The notes below the pieces were generated by a model. The model saw only the letters and a list, made by a program, of their open reading frames with translations. It ran no database searches and was not told the DNA's origin. The position numbers and the translations under genes were made by a program. A stretch of 63,949 nt of DNA, filler included, from Intoshia linei (lineage: Eukaryota > Animalia > Orthonectida), in NCBI GenBank assembly GCA_001642005.1. It is 4 parts of 4 records of this genome, joined end to end, with 100 filler letters (N's around TTAATTAATTAA, not from the genome) between each part and the next. Parts side by side here need not be neighbours in the genome. Positions count along the whole stretch, not along the records: positions 30,971 to 55,702 come from LWCA01000522.1; positions 55,803 to 60,466 come from LWCA01001950.1; 2 more parts are not named here. One strand, 5' to 3'. Positions 49,201 through 60,566 of this stretch are shown in pieces (positions within the stretch are counted from its first letter, which is position 1; every line of letters begins with the position of its first letter).

Positions 49201-49753
49201 TGTGTTGTGATTTTATTGTGGATTCATGGTTTGAAGCATGGAAACATAGCGTATCTATAAATTTCCAATCAAAATGCTACGAAAAATTAGTGACTTCGCT
49301 TCATGGAAATTCAAAATGCATTGGGTTCTTAAATAAACATAAATATAGTTCTAAACCAAAACTAAATGTTCGACTAACAAATGAAATTTCCGAGAGAACA
49401 TTATCGAGACTAAATATTATCAACAAAAGGTTCATAAATTTTATGAATTTGAGGAAAAAATTAATCATGGATGCCATTCAAAATTTAAAATTATTATGTT
49501 ATTCAAAATTTCGAAAATGTCTGAATACTTTACTAGAAAATATGTAGACCCCTTTCTTTTGAGTTTTTGTAAAAATTGTTATTGTTACATAATAATCTAC
49601 AATTTTTAAATATAAATTTTAGGAAAAACTCAACCAGAAATTTTTGTGTGAAAATTGAACTCACTGAACATAGTAGTTTAAATATGAATACTAGCTTAAT
49701 TTTTTCTACCTCAACAAGAAAATCGCAAAATTTCTACTTTTTGAAACACTCTA
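46218..49753 (+). mobile_element. 3.5-kb decayed hATm-like DNA transposon with ~100-bp imperfect TIRs
   Basis: Ends TAGGGTGTTTCA..ttgaggtaggaaaaattagtctagtatt and aatactagcttaattttttctacctcaa..TGAAACACTCTA. Frameshifted transposase ~47780-49550 with LHFDG, ICDTCNLNTG, YYGCQ, FPNLLSARW and TNEISER motifs. Confidence 0.8.
46724..47494 (+). mobile_element. Non-autonomous hAT element nested in the hATm-like transposon
   Basis: TIRs CAGCCATTCTCAAC / GTTGAGAATGCCTG; 8-bp TSD attaaaac/atttaaac; closely similar inverted copy at 111-750. Confidence 0.88.
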
Positions 49754-49946
49754 ATATACACTGTATATTATACAGTGTTAACAACACTCAACAAATAGTT
49801 ACAATCATATGAACATAATTCAAATACAAACGTAAAACTAAATATAACCTAGTTTACAAAATTAGAATATGTAGCATACCATTGATATCTATTTATAAAT
49901 CTAAATAAAATCTTTAATCATTAGTACATTTGAAATAACACATGAA

Positions 49947-50976
49947 ATGCATTTGGAATGGGATTTAATTATAAAAGGTTTGATAATTTTCTAAAACGAT
50001 ATTACATACATATTATACTATATTATTTAGAATATTTATCAATATATTTGGCATTGTATTTTGTACTAATATCGTTAGTACTTGTAAATTTTAAAAAAAA
50101 ATTGATTCAATGGATTCAGCTATTTTTCGGCAAAAAAATACACCAACATGGATATTATAGTGGAATGTGCCAATTATTTGTCATTGAATGGATAGAAACA
50201 ACGAAAATGTTGATGTTTAGCTTGCATTATGGAACCTTATTAATGAATTATGGATCCATTGGATATTTTATTGGATTAATGACGGGAACGTTTTTACTGG
50301 GTGGGTTTAATATTTCCAAAAATTTGTCTCTTATATACATGTACGATGCAAACACAAAAATTAAATTTCAGAATATTCGATATGTGAATCGAACTAACCC
50401 ATGTCTACTTTTTTTGGATTATCTTAGAACAAGAAACTTTTTTGTGCCATTGACCATGTTTTTTGCGCAATTGTTGTCATTTTTAACGTGTCTTAAACTG
50501 TCATCTTATTTGGATCCAATTTTGGCTAATAAATTATTAATAAACCAACAAAGTAATCTGTATCCTTTTTGTGATACAAGTCTAGCTGTCAATGTAGTAA
50601 TTGGGGTGTTCATTGAATCTACTGCGCTTTTTACATACTTAACGTTATGTGAAACCAAACTAGATATTACAAACAATAAAATGATCAATGAAACTATCAA
50701 TTTTGCGCGAAATGAAAACGTTGCCAATTTTATATTATGCTTTTTAACCACTTTAGGTAATTTTATTAGAAACATTAACAAAATTCAACATTAATTTTTC
50801 ATTTAGCGGTTTACTCGACTGGCATGTATTTCAATCCTATCAATGCAACATTACAGACTTATAAATGCGGTCAAACTACAAAATATCATCACATTTTAGT
50901 TTACTGGATTGGACCAATGATGGCTACGTATATATTTCATAGAAATTTTGTAAAAAATAAAAAAAAAATAAATTAA
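49947..50976 (+). CDS. AQP11: Unorthodox (super-)aquaporin, AQP11/12-like, 3 exons, ~308 aa
   Basis: Exons 49947-49977, 50031-50756, 50807-50976 in frame (an unspliced start at 49958 is also open). Multiple hydrophobic helices; loop B NPC; loop E GMYFNPINA followed by YKC and VYWIGP as in AQP11/12; C-terminal KKIN*. Confidence 0.85.
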
Positions 50977-51097
50977 AACATTAAAAATTTTATGTGCATA
51001 TTTCAAGAATGTTTCAACAAAAAGGCAAAGCCAATTAGCCCTGCATGATTTTAAAAATAAAAAAATAATATACATATATAATATATACCATATACAT

Positions 51098-51499
51098 TAG
51101 GGTGTTTCACATTTTGAAAAATTTAAGATATCGCGACAACTTTAGTGTACAGATCGTGTAGTTTTCTATAAAAATTATATATATTAACAATCAAAATTAT
51201 AACCAATATAATGATTTACAAAAATTTTTTCACTTCGTAACTTCCATTAAGTCAGTAATTTACAAAATTTCGCAAATTCACGTTGATATATAATTTAATT
51301 TGAAATCGTACATATTGACAATACAATTTATTTGCCAAATTGAACTTTATTACCACATAAATGTTTAAATCTTATTTTATCTTGCCCCACTTCAAAACAA
51401 GTTTTTATCAAAAAATTTTTTCACTATGGTTTATGTTTTATAAAACTACATCTATTTGACCCTAAAGTTCTTCGTAGTTACATACCGTAAAACACCCTA
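51098..51499. mobile_element. ~400-bp MITE with hATm-type ends
   Basis: TAGGGTGTTT..AAACACCCTA termini; 8-bp TSD atatacat/atatacgt. Related left ends at ~29100 and ~30323. Confidence 0.8.
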
Positions 51500-51888
51500 A
51501 TATACGTATATTATACAGTTGTAACACAAAAACGAATATAGAAAAAATTGGATATTTCGTAGAATGAATTAAAAAATTAGTTTACCATATATATAATGTA
51601 TTATGATTGTATTACCATATAATTTTAATAATTTATTGAAAACGGTTCTTAAATCACATATTTAACCGTTTTTTACTTCATGTCACACTTGTGAAATTTG
51701 TGAAAGTACGTAAAATTTTGGGCGCACCTTAAATTTTGATAAGAAAAAGCACATCGATATTCGAAAATTACAAATATTAAAAATTATAAAAATATAAAAC
51801 TCACATATAAAGATAAATATAAGTTTACAATAAAAAAAAAACTTTTTTATAAAATAAACTAAATATATATAAAACTAAATAAATATAT

Positions 51889-52260
51889 TAGGTTAAAACC
51901 TTAATTGAATTTTTCCTAAAGGTTTGGTAAAACTGGATTAATCCCTTAAGGGTTGTTAAAACTGCATTTTTCTTTTAAGGGTTGATAAAACTGATTTTTT
52001 CATTTTTGTGTTGGTAAGACTGAATTTTTCCATAAAGAGTTGGTAAAAGTGGATTTTTTCCTTAAGGTTTGGTAAAAGTGAAGTTTTTTTTCTTGAGGGT
52101 TGTTAAAATTGGAATTTAAAAGTGGATTTTTTCCGTTTTAACAACCCTTAAGCTTTAAGGGATTAATCCAGTTTTACAAACCCTAAAAGGTTAAAATCTT
52201 AACTGCATTTTTCCTTTTAGGCTTAATAAAACTGGAATTTTCCCTAAAGGTTTGGTAAAA
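51889..52260. repeat. ~30-bp minisatellite array with an internal inversion
   Basis: Units like aagggttggtaaaactggattttttcctt; ~52134-52184 is an inverted copy of ~51918-51962. Same unit at ~5660-5850, 28000-28110, 32244-32400, 46078-46130 and 54749-55115. Confidence 0.85.
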
Positions 52261-52412
52261 AATGCTAAATAAATTAATAATATAATAAAATACCAAATTT
52301 AGTCCAGCGTCCCCAAAAGATAAAAATTTTTCTACCTAACCGACTATTTTAACAGACATGAATGGAAAGAAAAAAAACTATAAACAAACAATAAATAGTG
52401 TATTACATAATA

Positions 52413-54196
52413 TTAAATATTCGATATGGTGGATTTTATACGTAAAGCGGTTAGTCGAGATTCTGGAATAGGGTTCCAACATTCTGAAATAATGTCTTTG
52501 ATATTATTAATAACGGGATCCACATTATTTTTTGAATTTGTTTGTAAACTGGGTCGTTTCTTGTCTGACACAACAACCTTATACATTTCTTGAATTTGGG
52601 GATTAGATTTGATATGCTCATAATAAGGAATGACATTACATCGTTTAAATTCAATTGAAAAAAGACAGGCGTACCAAATTTCCCAAAAACACAATGATAA
52701 TGAGTAAATATCGGCTTGTTTGTAGGCTTCAAATGATATTAAAGGTTTGTTTGACAATATTTCCGGAGCCATATACCTTACAGTACCAACACGGTGATTT
52801 GGAGCAATGTCAATTTGATTTTCAATATACTGAACAGCCAGTCCAAAATCAGCTATACAGCACGTACGACGATCATTTTTCACCAAAATATTTCTCGACT
52901 TTAAATCGCGGTCTAAAATGAAATTATGAGTAAAATAAATCTAAAAAACGAGCAATGGCGGGCTTTCCACGAAGGCCAATAATAGTCATGTGCAAATGAG
53001 CTAATCCATTTGATATTGAATAGCACATGTGCCGTAGAATTTTACTGTCAACTTGGTTCCTAAATAATAAAATAAAACATGAATACTTGTTTAAAATGTT
53101 TACTTTCTTAAAAAATCAAAAACGCTTCCATTTTCATGATAATCAGTAACAATCCAGAGTTGATTAACAGTTCCAGCATCGTGATTATCACTCGCAATAA
53201 ACCCAAGAATGTTTTCATGACGTAGCATAGATGTTTGATAAATATAACATTCTCTGGACCAAGATTGTTCCTCTCTCGTAGAAAAAATTTTTACAGCAAC
53301 ATTTTGAGAACACCATCTACCAACCCAGACCTCACCGAAATGGCCAGAATCGAGAATATCACACAATTTAATTTGTCTAGATACAGTCTTTTGAGATAAT
53401 GTCGCCTGACCTGAACCAGACCCACTATTTGTTAGAAAACTTTTAGAATTTGAATAACATTGAGAATTTGTGCTTCCCGAAACACTAAATTTTTTAAAAA
53501 ATGATCCTCTCGAATTTTTCTTTTTTCCTGTATTATATTTGGCGTTTCTTCTAAAATTTTCGCATTTTGATTGAGAAATTAAATTTACAAGACGATCATC
53601 ATTAGATTTTTGATAAGTATTGAAAAAATTGTGAATGTCAACTTTCGTTATCAAATTATTACTAACTGAAGAAGCAGAATTGACTCCACTATCAGATTTA
53701 CTGTCTTGGAAAAGTTTTTGGAAAAGGTTAAGATTTGACGTGCTTTGTGAGTATTTTTTTCGCATTAAACGGATAATAAACATGATGATGACCATTAAAA
53801 TAACCAAAAATAAAGTACCAGCCAAGCCAGCTAAAATATTAAACATTCTGCCATTTTCAAATGAACGGTGAGTATTTTCATGAACCTGGCCATGTTTTTG
53901 CATGTAATTTTGGTAGGTTGATTCGGTTATTGAATGATTATTGCAAAAGTTTTCTTTACAACACAAAATATATACATTTGAATTAGATTCACAGGCAAAT
54001 GGTCTACCATGTGGTACTAAAATTTTTCGATCAATACATCCTTTCGTATTTTCTAATTTGGTTAAATAGTTGTAAAAGCAAACACCATCCGTCATACAGA
54101 ACAGCGAACAGTTTTCATTTGTACAACACTTTGTCATTTCATTTTTTGGTTTATATAATTGCAAGTTAAATTGATTTTTATTATAAATCTGCAAAT
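52413..54196 (-). CDS. TGFBR1: TGF-beta/activin type I receptor Ser/Thr kinase (ALK4/5/7, baboon-like); signal-peptide exon not found
   Basis: Exons 53104-54196, 52950-53059, 52413-52912 in frame. Cys-rich ectodomain with GRPFAC and CCKENFCN box, TM, GS box SGSGSG, VAVKIF, L45 loop [14 protein letters not shown] (ALK5-like), [34 protein letters not shown]. Confidence 0.93.
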
Positions 54197-54748
54197 CTAG
54201 AGCGAAAATGTAACTAAATTCCCAGACGGAACATTTCTATGGAAAATTTGACTGCTAAATTTTAAGCGTTAGGCGTGCATTCCATAACTCATTCATTACA
54301 ATGAATGAAAATTTAATTCACTGTTTAATTTTATTTCGGTCAATTCGTAAATGTAGACATCAATAAACTGTACTTATCAGTCGCATTTTTTAAATTTATT
54401 CATACTACTACTATGTGATACGTTTTAATTCATTTTTTATTTAGTCGGTAGTCTTTTCTCAAATGCTATCGTAATCATTACACGTTTTAATAATCATTTT
54501 CTTAGTATATTTCCTTTTTTTCATGAGCGGTAAAGTAACAAAAATTAATTTTATATAGAAAATCTTTAATTTAAATGTGTTAATTCAACTACCGATAAGT
54601 ATACTTAGCATAACATTTTTATGTCAAGAATGTCAAAGTGGAGTCATTCATATTTATCTATCTGCAACAATAATGTGATGTCGACATAACATACACTGTA
54701 TACATATATATGTTACAGGCAGTTTGAAAATTTGAATTATTTGAAATA

Positions 54749-55115
54749 TTTTATTGAAAAATCCAATTTTACCAAACTTTTAGATAAAAAATCCCTCTAT
54801 CAAATCCCAGAATAAAAAACCCAATTTCATCAACCCTCAAGGAAATAATCCCCTTTTACCAATATTTTTTTGAAAAATCCAATTTTATCAAAATTTTATA
54901 TATAAATCTCTCCATCTGATTCCAAAAGAAAAAACCAAATTTCACTAACCCTAAAGGAAATAATCCATTTTACCAATATTTTATTGAAAAATCCAATTTT
55001 ACCAACCCTTAAGGAAATAATCCCGTTTTACCAATATTTTTTTAAAAAATCCAATTTTATCAAAATTTTATTTAAAAATCTCTCTATCTGATTCCAATAG
55101 AAAAAACCAAATTTA
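54749..55115 (-). repeat. ~30-bp minisatellite array with higher-order duplication
   Basis: Repeated aaaaatccaattttaccaa units; block ~54830-54945 recurs at ~55003-55113. Confidence 0.8.
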
Positions 55116-55702
55116 GAAGTTTCGTGCACAAAATTGACTTAACCCTTTCATATATTCAGTTTAACCAAATTTCAAAATCAAATTTTTTTTTAAGGTTGCT
55201 CATCTAATTGATATTTTTATCAATAAATAAATTATGGCAATCACAATTACTATATTTTTTTATTTCTGAATGATAGTGGTATCTACAACGTAGATTTAAA
55301 CATGTTTACTCTCATGAAAATATTGAAAATACCATGCATTATTTATGATTTCTATAACAAACAATGAAAATTTATAATAATGTGATTATAATGTGAAAAT
55401 ATTCTATGATTTATATTTTTATTAGTGTCAATAAATCTATTATAAATAATAATTTACGGAAATGATAACGATTACGGATATCATATTAATACGTAACAAT
55501 CATAAAATTTACAGCTTAAAATTCACAAATTTGTAATTTTGTTAAGTGAACAACTTAAATTTGGCTTTAATATTTGGCTAAGAATTAGCAATAAAATATA
55601 TTTAATTTATGACACCCAATTACAATCACTTTGCGTCTATTGTATTTTGTTAAACTAAGCTTTAGTTACTAAAGCTGACTCTAAATCTCACTCTCCAAAT
55701 CT

Positions 55703-55802
55703 NNNNNNNNNNNNNNNNNNNNNNNNNNNNNNNNNNNNNNNNNNNNTTAATTAATTAANNNNNNNNNNNNNNNNNNNNNNNNNNNNNNNNNNNNNNNNNN
55801 NN
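55703..55802. other. Artificial contig linker
   Basis: Same N44-TTAATTAATTAA-N44 block. Confidence 0.97.
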
Positions 55803-55887
55803 TTTCGTTACATTCTTTATTTTGTTGTTGTTTAGTTTTAATGTTAAAAATGTTATTTTTTTTAAATTTTATACTGTTGATTTGGTC

Positions 55888-58566
55888 GCTTTACAGGCAC
55901 TTCGTTACCAAACCGACTCGCCCACAGATACAAGAATTTTTCAAGAAAATAAAAACACAAAAACGTTGTTTCACTGTACTTTATTGATCGTTTTTAAACA
56001 AAGGTCTTTTTGATAGCTAGATAAATTTTAGAAAATATCTAAATTTGTAAATAAATTGTATAGAATTTACTATAATAATGTAATTTCTTTATCTGTATAT
56101 ATACAAAAAAGAAATAGAATTTAGTTGACATCATTTTTTTATTTACTTTAATATGTTCAATAATAAATTAATAATTCACATTATTATGCATGTCATAGCT
56201 ATTTAAACAAAATTATTTTATAATACAAATTTAAATTTTATTATTCAATAATATTTACCAAATTGACAAAGATTTCACTAAAAATTTAAACACTTGGTCC
56301 ATTCATTTTGGCCGCTTCTTTTAATAGCTGGAAGCATGTGAGTTCTTCATTTCAAAATCTTTCCCATAAATTGAAAATTTTCCCTTGTAATTCCTGATAC
56401 ATTTTTTTTTGCCTTTTTTTTAACTTTTTTTCACTGACCAACCTACACTGTAGGGTTAAAAATTCAGCCTCTTGATTCAGCAACCTTACTAGTAAATAAA
56501 ATTTTATCTGGCCATGTTTGGCAACATTGTTGATTCGGCGGTGCCAGCCTTCGACGTCATTATTGGTTCTTATATTTTGGTAAAAAATGGACCAATCTAC
56601 TGGCTTCCAAATTGGACTATCAATCCAAGATTCGTGTATGTAAGTACATAATTGTACCAATCTATTATAATTGGCCTGCCTCTATAGCCGATGGAACACG
56701 TCGGGTATTTTTTCATGAGGTAAGAAAGGCAAAGCCATCAAATTCCGGCAAAACTTGAAGGTTCCATTATCCTGGATATAGGATGCCTGGAGCCCTATTA
56801 CTTGGATGTGCCTCCACACGCATTGTGTCCAGTGAGACAAGCAGCCTTACAGTTTCACTGCTGAAAATATATTTGGATATTATTTCCAAACTGCTGCCTC
56901 AAAATCCATCACGGCATTTTTTAATTTGACATCACCAGTCAAAAGTTTTTTTATTTTTTTGAACAGTTTTTTGTAATCTTTTTTTGACCTTGATGCCATT
57001 AAAACAAAAAGCACAGGAACTTGCTTCATGTGATCCCTTCTTTAATAAATACGTGTGTGCTAAATAGTTGTGAAAAGGGCTTTTTAACAATTTTAAAAGT
57101 TCCATTCATGTACCAGGTTTTTGCATTGGTCATTAATTGCAACATTTGGTCAGTTGCAAAAATTATATGCCTGTTCTCCTCGACCATAAAATCTTTTTTT
57201 AAAAAATTGTTTAGCACGGGATCCAGATTTAGTTCAAAATATGAATCTGTTGGATCCACAGGCATATTTTTGCTGCGCAGTCTATTAGCCTGTCGGGCAA
57301 GATTTTCAATGATTGGCAGTGAAGGGGCTGGTGCTTTATTTATATGGTTTACGACAACCTGCCTAGCAATTTCTGCTGCCGATTGAAAAATGTTTTATTT
57401 TGCCCGCTCTTTTATTGTTTTTTTTACAATATGTACATTTTTTTATCTTGGCAGTGCTAGGTGTATATGTGGTTGACTTTCTCTTTTAAAATTGCCATGT
57501 TTTTGTATAACTGTTGCCCGACAGTTAACCGTTTTCGACCTACTAATGCATTGCCAGTAGGTTGTTGCTCCACGTACAACCTTTATATTGAAACTATAGT
57601 CGTTCGAATCGATCAGCTTATCTTTGCCTCGCTGTGATGACCCGGCAATAATTTNGTGAAGGGGCTGGTGCTTTATTTATATGGTTTACGACAACCTGCC
57701 TAGCAATTTCTGCTGCCGATTGAAAAATGTTTTCTTTTGCTAGCTATTTTATTGTTTTTTTTACAATATGTACATTTTCTTGTCCTGACAGTGCTGGGTG
57801 TATATGTGGTTGACTTCCTTTTAAAATTGCAATGTTTTTGTATAACTGTTGCCCGACAGTTAACCGTTTTTGACCTACTGATGCATTGTATTTAGGTTGT
57901 TGCTCCACGTCAACCTTTATATTGAAACTATAGCCGTTCGAATCAATCAGCTTATCTTTGCCTCGCTGTGATGACCCGGCAATAATTTTAAAATTGGGCT
58001 GTGTTAGAGGTATGCATCGGCCATTGCTTCTTCATTTATAGATTCTTCTGTTAAATTTTTTGGCATTTCATATTTTGATTTAGATTTTTTGAAGGTTAAT
58101 TGCTATTAAAAATTACTTATATAAATATCGCAATAGTAATACTCCCTTCATCATTTGCAGTGTCATCAATTAGTTTCATTGGTTTTTGAGCTACTTGTAT
58201 ACAACGGTTGCATACATATGCCAGGATGGTTTCTCCTCTAACAGCTCTTCTGTATTCTGCTTGTGTTATACTTGTATCACAGGTTCTGTGTTGCCATCTT
58301 TCACACGTTTCACATTGAAGGGTTTGCTGTCTATTACTGATAGTCTTGCTGCATTGGAGGTAGTTATTCATAACTAATTTTTTTTTGATATTATAGATTA
58401 ATGTATAGATTATCAACAAAACGTAATCAACTTTATTACCACTGATTAAAAAAGAGACTGATAAAAATTGGTACATTTTCTTTTATAGAAATTTGGGTGC
58501 AAGTTGGCAGTGGTAGCAATATGGTTATGGGGTTGAGTTGATTTGGTAGCGAAGTGACGGGAACCC
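55888..58566 (-). mobile_element. Mutator-like (MULE) transposon encoding a decayed PHD-FLYWCH-DDE transposase
   Basis: Perfect 9-bp TSD gatttggtc (55879-55887, 58567-58575); TIR core cacttcgYtaccaaaYcRactc. PHD-like C..CETCERWQHRTC..YVCNRC; FLYWCH-like TYWQC..NCRATV..HIH; MULE motifs WYMNGTFK, MDFEAA, GCLSHWTQ, RTNNDVEGWH. Confidence 0.92.
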
Positions 58567-59330
58567 GATTTGGTCTTTATTAGGAAGTGGTTCTCGTGAT
58601 AACATGTCAGCTATATTTTTTGTTTTTCCAGGTGTGTAGATGATATCGAATGAAAAATTTTCCAAGAATTGCAGGTATTTAAATTGACGGTTAGTTGAAT
58701 TTGTAGTATTTTTTATGATAACGAGTGGCTTGTGATCTGTGACTATAGTGAAGTGTTTTCTCATTAAATAGTATTAAAATTTTTTAATGGCCCAATTAAT
58801 AGCGTAAAATTCTTTATCGGTTGTGCTGTATCGTAGTTGTACGTTATTTAGTTGTTTGCTGGCGCATTGGATGATGTTAGTTCCTTGTTTTAGTATAGCA
58901 CCTACGCCATAATCGCATGCATCCGTTTCTATATGGAATGGGGTGTGTGCATTCGGCATTGTTAAAATTAGTGGTGATGTGATTATATTTTTGAGCTGTT
59001 CGACTGCGTGTTGACAATCTGCTGTCCAATTAAATGTTGTTCCTTTTTTTAATAAATTGACAAGAGGTTCGGAGATATTAGCAAAATTAGGAATAAATTT
59101 CAGTAAGTAATTGCAGGTGCCAAGGAATCTTCTAGTTTGTTTCACATTTTTATGAGGTTTGATATGTAAGATTGCCTCCTTTTTGCATTCGTCAATCGAT
59201 ATTGAGTTGGGTGTAATGATGTGTCCAAGATATTTCAGTTTTTTTGAGAAAATTTTGCATTTAGATGGGTTAATTGTGAGATTTGCATTTTTTTAAGTAT
59301 CATATTTAAGTAATCAGTGTTGTTCATAAA
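58567..59330 (-). mobile_element. Ty3/Gypsy pol remnant (RT C-terminus and RNase H), interrupted by the MULE
   Basis: KYLGHII, RRFLGTCNY, FHIETDACDYGVGAILKQ, RYSTTDKEFYAI, FTIVTDHKPL, NIADMLSR; one in-frame stop and a frameshift. Confidence 0.92.
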
Positions 59331-59789
59331 CGCAAGATACGTTATGAAGAACGTGTAAAGATTTCGAAGTGCACCTGATGAGTAAGCATTTCTCTTTGCA
59401 AAATCAAATGACATGTGATACCACACTACTAAACGTGAATCGAACATTCTTTTTTTGTCTTTAGCTATGATTCTGTTAATTTTTTGTGAAACGTCGGTTA
59501 ATAAAATAGTACTGGAAAATTCATAAATCTTATTAACAGCCCATCCTGCGAGTGACTCAGCGATCATTGATAGAATGACACACTGGGACCCTCTATTAGG
59601 GCAAGTAACGGTTCTGATAATGGAGTCGTCATGACCTTTGTGGCCTGATAAGAAGTAATCGTCCGCAGCAGCAATCCACTCCAGTTCCCTCTCATTACAT
59701 ACTTCAAGATATATCTCAACACTTTCTTTCAAATTTCGCAATTTTCGCAAATTTCCTTCATTTTCAGTTTTTTTACTTAACTTTGTTGT

Positions 59790-60466
59790 GCTCCGCTCGT
59801 TATGCCCAGGAAATAATCTGCTATATACTTGTTAAGCACACTTATTTAAAACTTATTTTGTTGGGAAAACAAAGGTTCTTGAGCTTGACTCATTCTTAAA
59901 CTTCCTTGGATTGTGTAAATAACGCAAGAGAGTCACCGTTTTAACATTTCTTCTCATATTATAACGATGTACAAGGATTTGATAAAGCTTCAAAGCCAAA
60001 GGATTGTTCACAATCTTCAGTTTATTCAAGAGAAATTCTAATGAGGTAAATCTGCATTTTCTCGACAAATTATCTTTAAAATCATTTCTACTAGACGAAG
60101 AGTTTCATATAGCAAATCCATTCCATAGTGTTTTCCATTCATCGTCGGATATAGCTTCTGTTGAAAGTAATGCTCGCTGAGCATTCGGAATGGAGTTTTT
60201 AGTTTCAAAAATCGCTATATCATAAAACGTGTTATTCCACCTAGTTCTGCAGTCAAGTATAAGTTTATACTCTTTTCCATTGAAGTTTGCTCTAACAAAG
60301 TCTTGCAAAATTTCATTTTTTATTGGTGATTTTTGAAAAAGTTTACAAAGTATTTTGACTTTTTTTAACACCTTTTTCAAATTCAGGTTTTGGCAAGGGG
60401 AAACAAGCATTATCATGAGCTAAATCTGTTTGAAGAATCATGTCTTGCTGGCTTGGTTCGGCTTCA
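59790..60466 (-). pseudogene. hAT transposase remnant
   Basis: KLFQKSPIKNEILQ..GKEYKLILDCRTRWNNT (TRWNS-type hAT motif) and downstream helical region, broken by frameshifts and truncated by the linker. Confidence 0.85.
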
Positions 60467-60566
60467 NNNNNNNNNNNNNNNNNNNNNNNNNNNNNNNNNN
60501 NNNNNNNNNNTTAATTAATTAANNNNNNNNNNNNNNNNNNNNNNNNNNNNNNNNNNNNNNNNNNNN
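60467..60566. other. Artificial contig linker
   Basis: Same N44-TTAATTAATTAA-N44 block. Confidence 0.97.

Noticed and set aside
51889-52260. 30-bp repeats as a CRISPR array
   Set aside because: Degenerate head-to-tail units without unique spacers, no cas genes, eukaryotic context.
57318-57990. Tandem duplication of the FLYWCH region in the MULE
   Set aside because: The two near-identical copies meet at a single N (~57655), typical of unmerged overlapping contigs or haplotypes.
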